A DNA stretch of 64,000 nucleotides from Pelomyxa schiedti. Its lineage: Eukaryota > Protista > Evosea. The position numbers were made by a program, and so were the translations under genes. The stretch spans positions 63,056 to 127,055 of the forward strand of contig JAHLWZ010000810.1 in NCBI GenBank assembly GCA_020536535.1. Reading direction: 5' to 3'. The notes below the pieces were generated by a model. That model was given only the letters and a program-made list of their open reading frames with translations, was not told where the DNA came from and made no database searches. Shown one piece after another: positions 34,279-51,509 of this stretch; the stretch's first letter is position 1; each line of letters starts with the position of its first letter.

Positions 34279-35942
34279 TCAGAGTGAAGCTTTTATTTTG
34301 CCCAAAATGGAGGCAGCGTTGGCCTTGGGAGTGTACTGAGTACGATTGGAGGTGTCTGAAGAAGACAAGGGGAGGGGAGGTGGTACACAGTCTATGGATG
34401 AATCCACCAGCCATTGGGCCCAGCAGTAGGGTCTCCCCACTTCGCAGTTGGTGAAGTCAAGGTCCCTGTTGGTTGGTGAGGGACATGGACAAGGGAGGAA
34501 AGGGGGTAATTGAGGGGGATAGGTAGATAGATAGATACCTTGGTGCGATGTATCTGGTAGAAATGCTGGGAGATGTTACTCCGTCGTCTCCTTCAAAGAG
34601 GGATAAAAGAAGTGGAATGTGGGATTGGTGTGTTGGCCTAACGGTGATAAGGTGCAGGTGCTGCAGGTAGTGAAATTCGATTGAGAATGGTTGCTCTAGA
34701 ACAGCAGGTCTAAGGAGGAAGTATGTTGGAGGAGACTTACTTGAATTGTTCTGAGTGTTATAAGACAGCAGCAGATACAGAGGGTGGGCTGTGTAAATGG
34801 ATTCCGGGGTGATGGGTTCAGCAGTAAAAACTCGAATTGGATTTTTAGTAACTTTTTTCGAAGTGCCCTCTATTGGTTTTTTAGAATAAAAATTTCACAT
34901 TTTTGGGATAATACCTCTACTTTGAAGGGTCAGGGGAGTGGAGACGTCACCGAGAATATCTATCTGAAACTGGTTTTCTACGAGGCTATATTAGTGCTAC
35001 TCAACATGAAAGCTACTTATTGCTTTAAAGGTGGGGGAAGTAGTATTACCGAAATGTGTTTTCGTTGCAACAAGGAAATTCTTTGCCAAAATGTACAAAG
35101 GAGTGGGAAGTAAATTGATCTTTGGGTCTTGGGGTGTGTTGAAATCACTTATGCCTTTTATAAATGGTCGTATTTGATCACATGTCTAGATTGAAGTATA
35201 AATAAACGAACAAGTTATGGAGTTTAGATCTACTTTCTGAATGGGGGTAAGGCGGGACTGTAAACTTTCCAAAGTTTTCATTTTTGAAGCACGCTGTTCC
35301 GAGAGTGCTTTCACTTTTGCCTTCAGCGATTGTATTTTTTCTTGCTGCCTATCAGAAGTGCAAGATAAGGCTTTCAGTTTTCAGATAGCGGAGGGGATAC
35401 GTTTTTCGTAGCTGAAGTTCAAAAGCGAGTCTGCATAAATTAAGCTGGTGGTCGTGGTCTGGCGAGAGAGGGTTCAAAGAGGCGCGCATAGTAGCAGAAG
35501 CATTTTGCAAAAAGAAGTCCATACTGACAAGAGAAACTTCAATGTTGTTTCTAGTAGCATGTTAGTGGTGGGGTCGTGCCAAAAAAAAAAAAATTACTGT
35601 GAGAGTTTGGCACACACATGGACGACATCCAAGGGATGGCACGTGCTTCTGATTTCAGGTGGTCACGCTTGTAGTGTGCCTTGGCGCATGTCAAGGCAGT
35701 ACTGTCAGACTGGGCTTTTGCTGCTTGTACATCCGCGTCAGCCTTCGTGACTTCGTGCTCCAACTGCACTGGATTAACCACACGGTGTTCACCAGAAAAC
35801 AACAACCCACTTTGTGCGCGAGTGCCTTGAGTCGTAAAACCAAAGCCGTGGCTTGAGCACAACAGCCACTGGGCGGAGGCGAAAACAGCAACCCTCGCAG
35901 CGACGATATCACATCCTGTGCCGCACTGTTACAGGGGTGCAT
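34279..35942 (-). CDS. THOC5: THO complex subunit 5 (FMIP)
   Basis: Spliced peptides LRLKALAH...HYKRDHLKSEARA, VSLVSMDFFLQNA, HQLNLCRLAFELQLRK, LPTPLYIL, LFEGDDGVTSP and GRPYCWAQWL follow the THOC5 motif order. The start may lie further upstream. Confidence 0.8.
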
Positions 35943-36295
35943 GGGAAAAAAACTAACAATGAAAAAGGGGGGAAAAAAAAGTTCACGGTGGCGGGTGTAC
36001 GGTAATTAAACACACTGCTAACACGGGAGAAACAATTGTGCATAAGAGTAATGTGCATCTATACAAGGAGGAAATACGATGAAGGGTGACTTTGGTGGAA
36101 CTGCCTCGTTTATTAATTAGTTCTATGGAATGATGCTTGGCGACATGCCGAATTCGTCATGACCGGGGGTTGGTGTCAAGATTAGTCTATTTGTTGGCAC
36201 TAGTTGCCTGCTACGTGGTGTTAATAATAATGTAATCCTGAGATCTCATTTTATTGTCAAAAACCAACCAACCAGCCCTTGATCTCGAGACACCC

Positions 36296-38635
36296 ATGAG
36301 CAGGCTCTGTTGTATCATTGTCGTCGTTACGGCAGCGATGGTTCTTGGAAGTGATGTTACAAGGCCTATGACCAGTACACTCTCTGTTTCTTTGAGAAAG
36401 ATATCTCCGTCTCTGTGTGCACCAGGTGCCAAGGAAGCTGACATGACGTTATCAAATTACATGAATGGTACGTTTTCCCCGGCCGATACTCTCTTTTTTT
36501 GACCGTATTCCACAGCACAGTACTTTGGAGAAATCGGGATTGGTACACCTTCTCAAGTCTTTCGTGTTGTACCTGATACTGGATCAAGGTATGACTGTAG
36601 TAATGTTCGTGGTTTAACTTAAGATAGCAATTTGTGGATTCCGAGCTCGCATTGCTTCTGGTAGTACTTTGGAAGTCTTAAAATAGGTCTAACTTATGTA
36701 GGCCTCCTTGTCTTATGCATCATCAATATCATCACGATCATTCCTCGACTTTCCTTGGTTGGTTATCTTTCATCTGACATATAAAATACCAACGATTTTT
36801 ATTGCAGCCAACGGTACTGAATTTCAGATTGCTTATGGGACAAGAGGTAATTTGTGTGCAACTTATTCATTCAACTTGTGATTTCGATGCAGGAAGACTG
36901 AAAGGTTACCTCAGTGAGGATACAGTCTCAGTGGGTGAGATTGCTGTGATCAATCAGGTAATAACAAGTCTTGCGTTCTCCCCCGACTTACCTTTAACAG
37001 ACATTTGCTGAAGTAATTCGCCTTTTTTTCTTTTTATGCCCATTCTGATTTCTTTCATATACAAACAGTTAACTACACTTATTGGAATAAAGTAATGGTA
37101 CTCTGCCGAAAAATGATATCTAACAAGACTCCTAGTTTTCTTCTTGCAAAGTTTGATGGGATACTTGGTAAGCCAGTTTTGGGTCTGGGTTATGTCCAAT
37201 ACCTAAAAAAGGAGTTGGATTTCCTGAAATTTCTGTTGATGGAGTGCCTACTTTGTGGCAAAGCATGATGAATCAGCATCTAATTGATCAACCTGTGATA
37301 TCGTTTTATTTCAGCAAGTTGACATCCCCTCCTCTTGTCCATTCTAACTTTTCAAAGTGATCTGACAAGCAAAGAAGCCGTATCGCTGTCTATACTTCCC
37401 TTTAATATGTTCATTTTTTCTATTCTGTATAGGGAGGTGAAATGTTGATCGGTGGTTTGTCAACATCACATTTCAAAGGAGAAATCGCTTACACGTGTGC
37501 CTGTTTTGAATGCTGTCTTTTCCATCTCATTTGTAACAGACCCGTCACAAGAAAGGCCTACTGGCAAGTCAAGGCAACTGATATGAAGATTGGGGAGGTT
37601 GTCAAGTCTGCCTTTTTTTTCGTTTAACGCTTTTCTGCTAGACATCTCTATGTGTCGACAAGGACTGCCAGGCAATCATCGGTATGTGTAGGCTCTTAGC
37701 ATTGTACCCTGACAAAGTGGATAGATACCGGTACCTCACTTATAGGCGGCCCGAAGGACGCCATTGATTTGATTCATAAGGTACCTCTAACTCAACAGTA
37801 TTTTTTCACATTAATATGTTGCAGTCGCTGAATGTGTCGGGAAAACCGTATGGTAAATACATCTCGCTTTGCCTCATGTGTTAATACTTGTGCAGTATCG
37901 CCATGTGCCGCTATTGTCAACAGGAAAGGACCACAGATTGCTAAAATGATAGCCCACACCCAATTCCTAGAAGTGACCCTTTAACCCATGCATTAATTGG
38001 AGCTCACCATCTAAGCAGGATATTTGCACTACAATTGGATTGTGTCCTAATACTAGATTTTGCCCCACTTGCGAATCGTGCGCATTCACTCCTGAGCAAT
38101 ACGAAGACTTATACTTTGCTAGGATAATCTCATGGTTAAATGCTGAAGGCTCTCCCGAGGAAAGATCAGTGAAGAACATTCTCGCCTCTATGCAACAGTT
38201 TTGCTCTGCAAACTCAATAGTGAGTACCTTCATACAAGACTCGTTCATCTTACCTTGTTTCGCTAGACCCCACCTGGAATCGTGACAGTGCCATGTGAAC
38301 AAATTCCTGTATTGCCTGATTTTACAGTGTCTTTTGCAGGCACACCATCTTTCAGCCTGGTCAGTTCCCACCAACGCAACACCACCACTAACGTGTACAC
38401 AGAAGGCAGAAGACTATATCCTTCAACTCCAAGAGGGAACCAAAACCGTATGTCTCAGTGGATTCATGGCTTTTGATTTTGGAGAGCATGACCCCCTATG
38501 GTTCCATTCTACTCGACATGTAACTTTCCTCACAATATCCACCCTAGGCTTCTTGGAGATGTGTTTTTACGTAAGTACTACACGGTGTTCGACTTTGGGC
38601 AGGCCAGAGTGGGTTTCGCTCCGAGTGCCCCGTAA
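36296..38635 (+). CDS. Pepsin-family (A1) aspartic protease, cathepsin D/phytepsin-like, with saposin-like insert
   Basis: Signal peptide; [23 protein letters not shown] (first catalytic Asp), FDGILG, YWQV, a second catalytic motif [10 protein letters not shown] with an intron just before it, and [24 protein letters not shown] Cys-rich insert lies at about 37898-38220. Confidence 0.93.
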
Positions 38636-38749
38636 GGGTAGGTTGGGTTACTCTCACATCAATGGAATTGATGGAGAAATAGCAAAAAGAAAATAGAATT
38701 TCTTTCTATTACAGTTGTGTTCGCCGCGATATTTGCGGAAAATAAGGCA

Positions 38750-40446
38750 ATGTCGGGACGCAGCGGTAGCGCCACGATGGAGCACTTGATCGAACTACAA
38801 AAATGTTGGTGTTTCACCCCCTTCACTAGATTAATCTGTTGTTTGTTGCCGATTCGTTGGATGTAACGTTACGGTCACCAACAACCAACAAACACAAATA
38901 AAGGGGTCGAAGATGTTCTCGACCAAAACAACGCACTCGAATACGCCTCTGGTGCAGAAGACCCCAACGAAACCGACGACGAGGACCCCTTCGCCTTCCT
39001 CTCGGACGACAACAGCACCACCACCGCCAACAGCAGCAGCAGCGACGACAAGAACGCCGTATCGCCACAACCCAAGAAGCGGCGCGTGGACGAGGCATCA
39101 GCAGACTCGGCCTCGGCCGCGGCTTCGTCCTCCCCCGGCACACTCATAAAGAAGGAGGAAGACGACGCCGGCGGTGACGCCGAAGCCGAAGCCGAGGCCG
39201 CCGCGCCGCTCTCGCCGCCGCCGACGCCCGTGAGATCCACGGCGGCGGCCGCCGCGGCCGTGGCGAGCCAGGGCGGCTCATACAACGTGCTGCTCAACAG
39301 GCTCAAGGACAAAATAGCGCGGGTCCACGAGGAGGAAATGAATTGTGGGGTGCGGGACCAGGAGCACAACAGGCAAGTGATCGAGAAGTGGAAGGAGTAC
39401 CACGTCCGCAAGGCCCAGGCCATCGCCGATGGGCTGCCGATTCCGCCCGAACCGGTGTTTCCGCAGTCCAGGAAGTCGCTCAAGAAAGAGTCCACTCTCG
39501 CTACCAAGGACAGGATCCTTCACCCCGGGGGCCCTACACCGTGGCAAATGAGAAGAGCAAACTTTGGAAGCGGAAGCGGAAGCTTTGGGAGTGGAAACTT
39601 TGGTGGCAGTGGAGGTGGAGGAGCTTACCAGCACATACAGAATTCCCGTAGTCCTCACCAAGCGCGATTTCCTGCTCGTGAAGCAGAGTACGAACGGCCA
39701 AAGGTTTGGCTTGTGCTAGTTTTCATTCTAAACAGTAACTGCTATGTTTTATTGAAACTCCTCTCTGGCTTTTTATAATTCTTATTTTTGTTCTTACTCT
39801 GTTTAATACTCAGAGCACTGTTATTTATAATGCGTTGGACTTTGGGGACAAACCTGACGATGCTGCTCCAAATACACCCAAACGAGCAAAACCAAAAAAA
39901 CTCTTACAAAAAGCTCTTGCAACTGAAAAGAAATTGCGGGCAATGCCAGAGGAAGAAAGAAGAGCGGTTTCACCTTTCTCAAGATGTGTTGCATAACTCA
40001 TGAATGATCAACAGGAGGAAAACAAAATGGAATGGAACAAAGCTATCAAGAAATCTAAAGGAGAGCGAGTATACGAGAGCACCGGCGCACTCATGAGAAA
40101 AGTAAACAAGGATTTGAAACAAAAAGTACATAGTGCAAAGAAATGGTGTGTTTCCTTCTTGAATGTAGAACGCAGTTTGTCTAATGATGCACTAGGGCCG
40201 AACGAGACCGCCACCTTCAAGAGTCCATGGCTGAGCGGCAACAAGCCAGAACACAACGGGTAACAGACAAAAAAACTAGTTCTACAACAAAATCACCCAA
40301 GGTATACATCCCAAACCTTATGCAGTTGAACCTACAACAAACACAAAAACCAACAAAAACAAAATTTTCTCATCAACACCCAGAAACCCAATAACTTGAG
40401 GAGGCCCGGCTTCGAGGGAAAAAGACGCCAGTTCCTCAACAGATAA
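38750..40446 (+). CDS. SURF6: SURF6/Rrp14 nucleolar ribosome-biogenesis protein
   Basis: N-terminal Rrp14-like helix, acidic/low-complexity middle, WNKAIKKSKGERV...KQKVHSAKKW and C-terminal RRPGFEGK. Confidence 0.8.
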
Positions 40447-40622
40447 CTTTTCACAAAAGGGAAATTTGAAATGCTATTTGGCCTATTCATTTTATTTTGA
40501 CGTTTGTTTCTGATAATTCAAGTTTATTCAAGTAGTGCATCGCATTCTTCTTTTCCACAAACATCAAACAAATAAAAAAACCTGCCTGCGGCAGATCTGT
40601 GGGGGTACCGAAGGCAAGCGGA

Positions 40623-42612
40623 ATGGGATCTTGTGGTTCGCACACGAGAGCGTGTGTGGCAGTGAGAGTCTATGTTGGCGCATTTAACACAACAACAGAA
40701 GAAAGAACTTGAAATTCGTTGTTTCACCTAGTGGTGGCGACTACCGCACTCTTGCTGATGGTTTGTTACACTTTCTTTTCGTATGATCGGGGACGTTTTA
40801 CTGAAAGGGGAAACAAAAAAAAAATGAAGCTGTGGCGAATAGCCCCGCTGGCGCCAGAATCACTGTAAAACCCGGCACATATGATGAAAAGCGGGATGTA
40901 CATATCGACAAACCGTTGAACATCACTGGCACAGATGGCGCCACCATAAATGGGAACATTGTAATTAACCTTAGCTCTGATGTGGGAAAAACAGAAAGGT
41001 GTGCCAGAATTTTCTCGTATTCATGGGAAAATACTAACTTAAAAACAGAGTAGTTATAGAAACTTTGGCTCTGACCTGTAGCCGTAGTATACCAGCCGTC
41101 CACATCACTTCTGGACAAGCTATGCTTGTTTCATGTACAATATCAGGTAAGGCGTTGTGTACACGCCAAGAACCTCACACTCCTAAGGTGGGAAAGATGG
41201 ACTCGCAGTCCAGGGCAGAAACGGATTTCCCGTACTGCATGCTTGCTCCATCGTTTCCGCAGAGCGTGCTAGTGTCGTTTTCAGTGATCATGCACAAGGT
41301 CAGTTGCATCATTGCATTCTATCCGGTTCCGCTACTGTAACTCTGCTCCTTTACTGGTATAATTATTGATACCCAACCTCAGGGCATCATCATTGAAAGT
41401 GAATCTGAGCCCCTTTTTTTCAACTGTAGTATCACACACTGCGGTACTGGAATGCATGCTCGTGAAAGTGCCAAGGGTTACTTCACCAACTGTACATTTG
41501 AACACAATAACAAGCCAGGGGTACTTGTGACCACAAGGGCAAATCCAGTTCTAGACCATTGTAGCATAGGGGCTGGTGAGAGCAATGGCATCTTCGTGCG
41601 CGACGAAGGCATGGGAATATTTACCGTATGTGAGATTTGGGGCAATGCTCTCCCAGGAGTGGCAACGTGCACAGGAGGTGACCCGATTGTCAGTGGATGC
41701 ATTGTACGGGATGGCAGAAACGCTGGAATTTTGGTATATGATAGTGGAAGGGGTGTTGTCAATGGCTGCATGGTCAGACAGAACATTATGCCTGGTGTTG
41801 AAGTGCGAGCAGGAGGCAATCCCGTAATTAATTCCTGCTCAATTTTTAAAGGAGACAGCAATGGCGTCTATGTTCACAATAGGGGATGCGGACTCTTCAA
41901 TTCCTGCAGCATATACGAGAATGTATTACCTGGGGTCGCAGTGCGCACAAGTGGCATGCCTATACTTGTGGGCAGCAAATTAACCACTGGCAAAGACAAC
42001 GCTGTGTTGATCTGCGATCGTGGCCGCGGGGCCTTTATTCAATGTGAATTGATTGGATATAGCACACGACCTATGGAAGTCAGGGACGGGTGCACACCAT
42101 TTTTACATGAATGTGTCACCCATGATGGCAAACATGCCACAGTTTTACAATGGCTGGAGCAAATTCCTCTCCATTCCATGACTGACCCGGACCCATTTCA
42201 GCCATACACCGGAAGCAGTTTTATCCCAACACCTTCCAATTTGGGGCTCAGTGGTGGTGATACCATACTCAGCAGCAAAGTGGAGATAGGAGTTGGCCCA
42301 GCACCGTGGGCAGCAAGTGACAGTGGTGGCGTGGGGCCTAATGGAGCTACAGTGAGCACTGGAGTTGGATTACCTCCTGGAAGCAACTGTAATATTGTGG
42401 AACTAAATGTAGATGCCTCTGCAACAACTAAACAAGCAACACCACATCAGCCCACACCAGAAAGTCACCCTACAGACACTCAAGATGAACCTTCTCCAGA
42501 GCACCCAACCACCACGGAGGCTCCACTCTGCCTCACAACCACCAAACAACCGGCTGAACGGCGTTCGTCCATTGCCTCCCTCTCCGAAGAATTTGAAAAC
42601 CAAGGTATATAA
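40623..42612 (+). CDS. Right-handed parallel beta-helix (PbH1/CASH) repeat protein, FBXO11-like repeats, MGSCGS lipidation motif
   Basis: YRTLADAVANSPAGARITVKPGTY, then about 23-aa repeats (GNALPGVATCTGGDPIVSGC, QNIMPGVEVRAGGNPVINSC, ENVLPGVAVRTSGMPILVGS) and a Pro/Thr-rich tail. Confidence 0.8.
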
Positions 42613-42717
42613 TTAAAAAATGTTTCATATGTAAAAACAAATGGTGCTGTTTGGCACTCTTTAATTACTTGAGTGTTTTTCTCTTTTGTTGATGGATTTG
42701 GTGTCAGGGAGAAACAT

Positions 42718-47369
<4,652 letters not shown>

Positions 47370-47566
47370 CTTGATTGTGTTTGTTTCCGGTATCAATCAA
47401 TCTCCAATCTCCTGCAACTCACTGTGGGACTCGAAAGAGGCATTCTGAGAGTGATGTAGTGCGGACAAGGTGAGGCACGGTGGGTGGGATGTGCTGAAGA
47501 ATGTCCAAATGGCCAATCAAACGTGGAAGCGGAAGACAGGGAAAAAAAAAAAAAAGAAAAAGAAAA

Positions 47567-48647
47567 ATGAGCAGTATCGGTACCGGGGTACGTGTCTGCG
47601 ACACTTGGATCTTAACACTCACTTGTTGTTTTTTTTATGTACAGTATGATCTGTCATGCACGACGTTTTCCCCAGACGGGCGTGTTTTCCAGGTGGAGTA
47701 TGCAACCAAGGCTGTGGACAACAGTGGCACAGCAATAGGACTGCGTGTTCGTGACGGCGTCGTGTTGGGCGTGGAGAAGTTGATTTTGTCAAAGATGCTG
47801 GTTGAGGGGTCCAACAGACGCGTGCTTACTGTTGACGAGAATATTGGAGTGGTAAGCCCTCCATCTTATTGCTTTTTCTTTTTATTTTCATGCCTCTCTT
47901 TTCTCTTTTGTTCTTGAAATTCCTTTTTGAAAAACATAACAAAAAATACATGACAGGCATTTGCGGGACTTTCTGCAGATGCTAGAATGTTGGTCAAGAG
48001 GTGCCGTACTGAGGCTTCTGGTTACAGAGACTTTTATGGTTCACCAATCCCTGTATCTTCCTCCGACATGCAACTTCATTCTAAGTGATGTAGACCCATG
48101 TATTGTCTGACAGAATTAGTGGCTATGTTCAAGCACATACACTATATGCACACCTTCGACCATTCGGTTGTGCACTTTTGATTGCTGGGTACGACGCCAA
48201 GGGCCCACAATTATTCGCTGTTGAGCCCTCTGGATTATCTTGGGTACTCTCCCACAATTTTCTTACTCACTTAATTGCGGTGCAGGGTTTCTATGGTTGT
48301 GCTATTGGGAAGGGGAAACAAGCCTGTAAGACTGAAATTGAAAAATTGCGACTGTCGGCCATGACATGTAGGGAGGCTATTGTGGAAGTTGCCCGCATGT
48401 ATGTTTCATCTTATACGGGAAATAAATCACGCGAACCACTTAAACACAAATTACACTTCCGAGTACAAGCTCATTCACACGCAGAATCCAATTGGCACAT
48501 GATGATAGCAAAGAAAAGACTTACGAACTGGACTTGAGTTGGGTGTGTGACGAATCCAATCACATGCATCAAGCAGTTCCAGCTGCCCTCAAAGCAGAAG
48601 CCATCGCCAAGGCAAAACAAGCTGTTGAAGAGGCTATGGGCGAGTAA
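47567..48647 (+). CDS. PSMA3: 20S proteasome subunit alpha type-3 (alpha7)
   Basis: [39 protein letters not shown]...YAHLRPFGC...[18 protein letters not shown]. Confidence 0.97.
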
Positions 48648-48726
48648 AAAAAACAGTGTTGCTTTTTTACCAGAACGTCACTTTTTTTTCGCTTGTGCGA
48701 ATTCTTCCTTAAAAGAAATTTCGCGA

Positions 48727-51422
48727 ATGAGCTACCGGCGACTGAAGGGCGACGAGGCCGATGACAACCACTCAGGGAAAGGACTGCCGGCTACGAAGAT
48801 GAGGGGTAGAAGGATGGCCGGGGGCACGCATGACAAAGCGGATGCGGACGGAAATGGGGAGCTACTGGACATCGACGAGGAAGACGACAGGGGCCGAGGG
48901 ACGGCTGTTGGTAAGACACCAAAGAGGAGCCGAGACGACGAGGGCTCGAGATCGGGGAGCCCAGCAGCGGCCAGGGCTGCCAAGCCAAAGAGGCGTGACG
49001 GCAGCGGCAGTGCCGCGGGTAGTGGCAAAACGGCAGGCACACGCAGCGGGGCGGGCAGGGAGGGCAAAGCAAAGGCAAAGGCAACGGGGTCGGCGAGGAG
49101 GAAAGGGAGTCCAACTGGGCACAGCAGCGACGACGGCGAACAAGGCGAAAAAGGAAGGAGGGGAACCCACAAGAAGGACGACAGCAATGAGGACGACAGC
49201 GAGAATGATGATGAGGATGAGGATGATGATGATGACGATGACGATGACGAAGACGATGACGACGACGACGACGACGAGGACGAGGAGACAAAATCTAGTG
49301 ATGAGAGTGAGGCACGAGATAGGGCCAACAGGAGAGGGAAGACATCAGAGGACGTTTCACCAAAAGCCACCACCACCAACACGAGTGACAGGGGGAATAA
49401 TGTATCTGCCTTTCACCTTTCGTTGTGTGCTACTCTTACCATTTGTAGACAAGGTGCAGGGAGTGCACAGCAAAGGATAAAAAAATACGCGTATCCACCT
49501 CCAACTCTTGTGTAGCTTAATTTTGTGAAGGTGCTGGAGAAGGATCTTGAAAAAGCCTACGATGAAATTGATCTCCTCAAAACTGATGGGCGAGGTTTCC
49601 TCCAACAACTATTTTCTTTCTCTCACATTTGTTAGGTTCAGATCCTTCAAATTTAAGAAGAGACTTGCGAGAAACACTCCGGGAAAATAAAACCAATCTT
49701 GTTGAAATGAAGAAGCTGAAGGCTGAGTTAGCAAGTGTTTCAAGTGAGAAGTCTCAGCTAGAAGATGTAGGATTAATGTGAAATAACTTGTTCCTCACCC
49801 TTCTTGAGGACTATGATTCTCTCAAAGATACAAACGAAGAACTAGAGCGAGAACTTGAGCAATACAAACAGCAGATAAAGGAGTACAAGAGTGCATTATC
49901 GAGTCACAAGTCTAAGATGGCCAGCTCCCTCAAAGCAGATCAAGATTCTCAAATCAAATTACAGGTAATTACTTGTTCAAGGTCATTTCTCACTGAAGAA
50001 AGGATGCAACTGAAGAATCAACAAAATATAAAGAAAGATTGGAATGCCTGAGTTCTAAAAATACTGAACTGGAAACGAAACTCTCTGCTGTTGTACAAGA
50101 TTGTTCTGCCATTATCGAGGAGTTGGACAAGTATCATTTGCTCTTCTAAGTGCACTTCTACATCTCCCTCACAGTATTAATACAGTGTAAAACTGGAACT
50201 TGTAACAGCGAACGAGAACCTTGAAACTCAAAAAACAATCAACACAGAATGTACACCGATTACCTTCATCTTTATCAAGTTGAATATTGACAGTGAAGCG
50301 AGAAAATGAGCAACTTTCTCTTCGTCTTGAGAGTGCTGAGCAGCAATTGCTCTTAGCAGACAGGGCAAATGAGGAATATTTTGAAGAAGTCAACCAAAAA
50401 CTAGAGGAATATAAAGTAAGTTGCTGAAGCAAGAGGAAATGATCAACCAAACTCAGGCATTTTCTGAAACCAAAGTAGCTCAATCAGAATCTACTACTCC
50501 CCTACCAAGCACCCGCAAGGTTGTTCCTTCAGAACCACTTCACACAGTTGACCAACTGGTTGCAGCTTTAGAGCGGAAAGGTACTTTTATTCAAGTTCAC
50601 ACACTCAGTAAACCCTTTACAGATGTGGAATATGAGGGAAAATGCAAGGAATACGCCCAGCTGAAGACAGATTTCGAGTGTATCAGTTTGGAGCTTATGA
50701 ATCTTGAGAAACAAGTTTCCAGCTTGAAACGTGCCAAAACCTCGACTGCAACAAAGCCTCACCCACCCATGCCACAAGTGAGTGAATCTAAGGCAATGCA
50801 TGATCTCAAAGAAAGGCATGCCCGAGAAATCGGTGATTTGGAACAGATGTATGAGCACACAAAATGACATTAATTATTATATGAGGGAACCACTGGAGCA
50901 CGACACCCAGGTCAACACTTAAAACAAACACATAGACATTAGACTCAAAGAAGAGATGAAACGGTCTGAAGGCTATCAGCGAAGTCTCGTGGAAGTAAAA
51001 ATGAAACTAAAGCAAATAGAAGAGGGTTCTATAGATATTACCCAAGCTCCATAACACCTTACACCATTCCAGAGGATGACGCCTTGAACCGTGCCAACCA
51101 AGAAGTACAGCACTTGAAGCTTCAAATAGGCTTCCGGGATGAAGACATTAAACGGTACCTTCTCTAAACTCCTTGTACCTACCCCATTGTTCTGAAAATT
51201 GATAGGCTGAACGACGACTTAAACGCGGAGCTCAGAGTAACAGATGACTTGCTTGCGGAAAATGAGAGATTAAAAGAGCTTCTTCAAACCAGCAAGGCCA
51301 AGACCAATCCAAAACCAAATGCACATTCAGCACAACCACTCAGGCATTCCACTGGAGCAACAACCCCAACAACACCAACTAAACACCACCCACAACACTT
51401 GCATAACACAATGGCCTGGTAA
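48727..51422 (+). CDS. Hypothetical coiled-coil protein with basic N-terminus and poly-Asp tract
   Basis: GC-rich first exon from ATG 48727 and heptad-rich exons (LEDYDSLKDTNEELERELEQYKQQIKEYK; LNAELRVTDDLLAENERLKELL) separated by short introns. Confidence 0.65.
49205..49285 (+). repeat. Imperfect (GAT/GAC)n trinucleotide tract encoding poly-Asp/Glu
   Basis: gatgatgaggatgaggatgatgatgatgacgatgacgatgacgaagacgatgacgacgacgacgacgacgag. Confidence 0.9.
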
Positions 51423-51509
51423 CCAAAACCTCAACATCACAAAGGGAGTCACCCTGCACTGTAAATATTTTGCTTGCATTGGCCCAACAAGGCAAAAATT
51501 CTTCCCTTT

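Noticed and set aside
36143-36161. Short palindrome CATG-C-CGAATTCG-T-CATG in the THOC5/protease spacer
   Set aside because: Too short to exceed chance expectation in 64 kb, and not repeated.
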